A stretch of 63,563 nucleotides of DNA, filler included, from Reclinomonas americana ATCC 50394 (lineage: Eukaryota), in the NCBI GenBank assembly GCA_048213135.1. It is 9 parts of 4 records of this genome, joined end to end, with 100 filler letters (N's around TTAATTAATTAA, not from the genome) between each part and the next. Parts side by side here need not be neighbours in the genome. Positions count along the whole stretch, not along the records: positions 55,339 to 63,563 come from PS015266.1; 8 more parts are not named here. One strand, written 5' to 3'. Shown here one piece after another: positions 61,049 to 63,563 of this stretch (within the stretch, counting starts at the first letter, position 1; every line of letters starts with the position of its first letter). Below the pieces are notes generated by a model. The model was not told the origin of the DNA. It searched no databases and saw only the letters and a list, made by a program, of their open reading frames with translations. Made by a program: the position numbers and the translations under genes.

Positions 61049-62847
61049 TCACTCTTTTGCGCGGGCCATCTTGTACGGTCGTTCCCCCTCTTCGGTTTCT
61101 ATGACGGCAGCTGTGGTGCCGTGTGTGTCGTGTCTTCGGCGCTTTTGTCGCAAATTGTGTCGTTCGGCGGCATGGCGCTCAGTCCAGAACTGCATACGAG
61201 GGGAAAGTGAGAGGCTGTAGGTGTGCAGAAGAATACGAGGCAGCACGAAACATTGCCAATTAGAGCACGACATGAGTCGAGGTTCGTGCTGTTGACTTCC
61301 CACGTCGACGCCTCGTACGCCAAGTCCTTCCACTTGACCAGATAATACTCCTCGCCACCCTGCAACGCGCAACTATTGATTAAAAAAGAGGACGTGCTAT
61401 GTCCTTGCTTGCGCGGAGTGGCGACGCAACACTCGCCACGGCGTGACCGACGATGCATTCCACGCGCAACAGAGAGCCACCGGTCACGTGCGCAGCTGCA
61501 GCGGGGGCGGCGGCTGAATCGTGCCCGGCGGTGGAGTCGCGCAGCAGCAACGGCAGCGCGCGCTCCCAGTTCGGCTGCAAGTGGAAGTCGCCAGACTCGG
61601 CGGCGAACAGCAGGCACTTGTCGCCGTGCTCGGCAATCATCGAGTCGAACGCGTTGGCCAGCGCAGCGCTTGGCGAGGCCGCCAGCTGACAATCGCGGTG
61701 AACAAAAAACAAAATTATGGAAGGAGAAAACAACGTGGCGACACACCTGCAGCTCTGGCATCGTGCCCGACCGCAGCAGTTCCATGGCGACCGTGTCAAT
61801 GTCAATCGGCCGCCCCGCGCATGCGCCACGTACCGACGCGCGGAGTCCTGCGCCCGCCACCGTGTCGTGCGGTGGAATGTAGAACTGCGCGCAGTCGTGA
61901 GCCTCGAGGGAAAAAAGGAGTGCGCACGCGGATCACCAACCTCGGCAAGCCCCAGCTTGGCGATGCGGTCGGCCGCCAGTCGCGACTTGCTGGAGGAGCC
62001 GTTCGCGCCAGAAGGCAGCTTGAGTTCTGTCAGCCGCAACAGTGAGACGCTCGCCACCAAACACAGACAGCGCGAAAAGACGGGAAGAACGCACGGCTCC
62101 TCGGCGCTGCGGCCAGACGATCACGCCAGCCCGATACCAATCCGTACCGACCTGACGCCGTGCGCGTGATGATCGACTCATTCGGCGCCGCATGCTGCAA
62201 ATACTCGGTGAGCGCGCCTCCAATAAATTCGGCCGCCGCCGCCAGTGAATGTGGTCTGGGACGGCAGCGATCCTCAAAGAGGATGCCGCGACAAATCTCC
62301 TGCACCCCACAGCAACGATTAGGGCAAGGTAAAAAAGACGAGACAGAAACAATTGCCACGCAACGGTGAGGTCGGTGGCCTTGCCGTCGCACAGCACCAA
62401 CTGGAAGACGCACTCGCCCAGCGGCGTGCCACGAAGCGGGATACCCGACGCCTGCACGCGCCGGTCAAAAACAGACAGCCCATTTTTTGCGCAAACAAAA
62501 AGTGCTCTCACCTGCGCAGCAGCAAGAGCGGCAGTGGCAGCCGATCGCGTTGCCGACACGCTCAAGCGCATCGACTTGATAACATCGTCGTCATCCTCGT
62601 CGTATTCTGTCTTTCGTCCGCGCGTCATGGAGCCGAAACGTCGCTGATTTGCGTAGCGGCGACGGCGGCGACCGCGATCTGGCACGTAGCACTCATCGTC
62701 GTCGTCGTCCTCCTCCTCGGCCTCCTCGTAGTCGTCGTCGTGTGCACCGGAGAGCGCCCGCGCGTGCATTTCGTCGTCGGGGACGAGTGCCGCTAGTGCC
62801 TCGGCGTCGTCGTTTTCCTCGTCCTCGGCATTCTCCTCCTGCACGTA
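61049..62847 (-). CDS. Chromodomain-containing protein (C-terminal chromodomain); 5' exons lie beyond the window
   Basis: RVECIVGH…EEYYLVKWKDLAYEASTWE…LIGN|FWTER chromodomain pattern; acidic N-terminal exon; exons join in frame. Confidence 0.8.
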
Positions 62848-62859
62848 CTGCGAGGACGG

Positions 62860-63563
62860 GGAAGGGAAGGGAGGTGAGGGGAGAGGCAGTGGGGAAAGGC
62901 GGGAGGAATGGGGAAGACGAAGGGGGGAGTGAAAGGGGGAAGCGGAAGGGGGAAGTGGAAGGGGGAAGCGGAAGGGGGAAGCGGAAGGGGAAGCGGAAGG
63001 GGGAAGACGGAAGGGGGAAGCGGAATGGGAAGCGGAATGGGAAGTGGAACGGGGAAGTGAAAGGGGGAAGCGGAAGGGGGAAGCGGAAATGGGAAGCGGA
63101 AGAGGAAGGCAAACGGGGGAAGCAAAAGGGGGAAGCGAAAGGGGGAAGCGAAAGGCCGGAGTAAAAGGAGGGAAGCGAAAAGGGGGAGTGAAAGGGGGAA
63201 GCGGAAGGGGGAAGCGGAGGGCGGAAGCGGAGGGCGGAAGTGGAAGGGGAAGCGGAAGGGGAAGCGGAAGGGGAAGCGGAAGGGGAAGCGGAAGGGGGAA
63301 GCGGAAGGGCGGTAAGGGGAAGGGGAAGCGGAAGGGGAAGCGCAAGGGGAAGGGGAAGGGGAAGGGGAAGGGGAAGGGGAAGGGGAAGGGGAAGGGGAAG
63401 TGGAAGTGGAAGGGAGAAGCGGAAGGGGAAAGACGAAAGGAGAATGGGGAAGGTGGAAGCGGAAGGGGGAGCGGCAGGAGGGAGCGGAAGAGGGAGCGGC
63501 AGAAGGGAGCGGAAGGGGGAACCGGAAGGGGGAACCGGAAGGGGGAACCGGAAGGGGGGAGTG
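62860..63563. repeat. G-rich simple repeat (GGAAGC/GGAAGG units), likely the pyrimidine-rich 3' part of a minus-strand intron
   Basis: Long run of ggaagcggaagggg variants directly before the acceptor at ~62848. Confidence 0.85.

Noticed and set aside
62412-62418. Possible GC donor G|GCGAGT
   Set aside because: The frame stays open to the GT donor at 62364, which joins the next exon in phase, so no GC-AG intron is needed.
630-63345. Long ORF-track entries made of [13 protein letters not shown] or PFP runs
   Set aside because: Translations of N gaps and microsatellites or intron tracts, not proteins.

Overview
Eukaryotic (protist-like) draft scaffold with GC-rich exons, many short spliceosomal introns, long microsatellite-filled introns, N gaps and artificial TTAATTAATTAA linkers. 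I cannot identify the organism. Splicing exons by hand gives about 17 genes: two tandem paralogous secreted proteins, a UDP-glucose dehydrogenase homolog with its catalytic Cys replaced by Ser, a cytidine deaminase with a hydrophobic N-terminus, a Diaphanous-type formin, an SLC25 carrier, TRM13, a secreted GH63/MGH1-like glycosidase, an NHL plus dynein-MTBD-like protein, a GBP/atlastin-like GTPase N-terminus, an ankyrin protein, CDK7, a chromodomain protein and several hypotheticals. The main signal is a two-class 5' splice-site code. About a third of the roughly 100 introns I could place start GTTGCGT/GTTGAGT/GTTTCGT, i.e. the usual donor with one extra T and the conserved G moved from +5 to +6. 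These follow exons that almost never end in G, while G-ending exons use standard GTGAGT/GTGCGT. All counts are by hand and exon models are inferred from reading frame and conserved motifs, not from transcripts.
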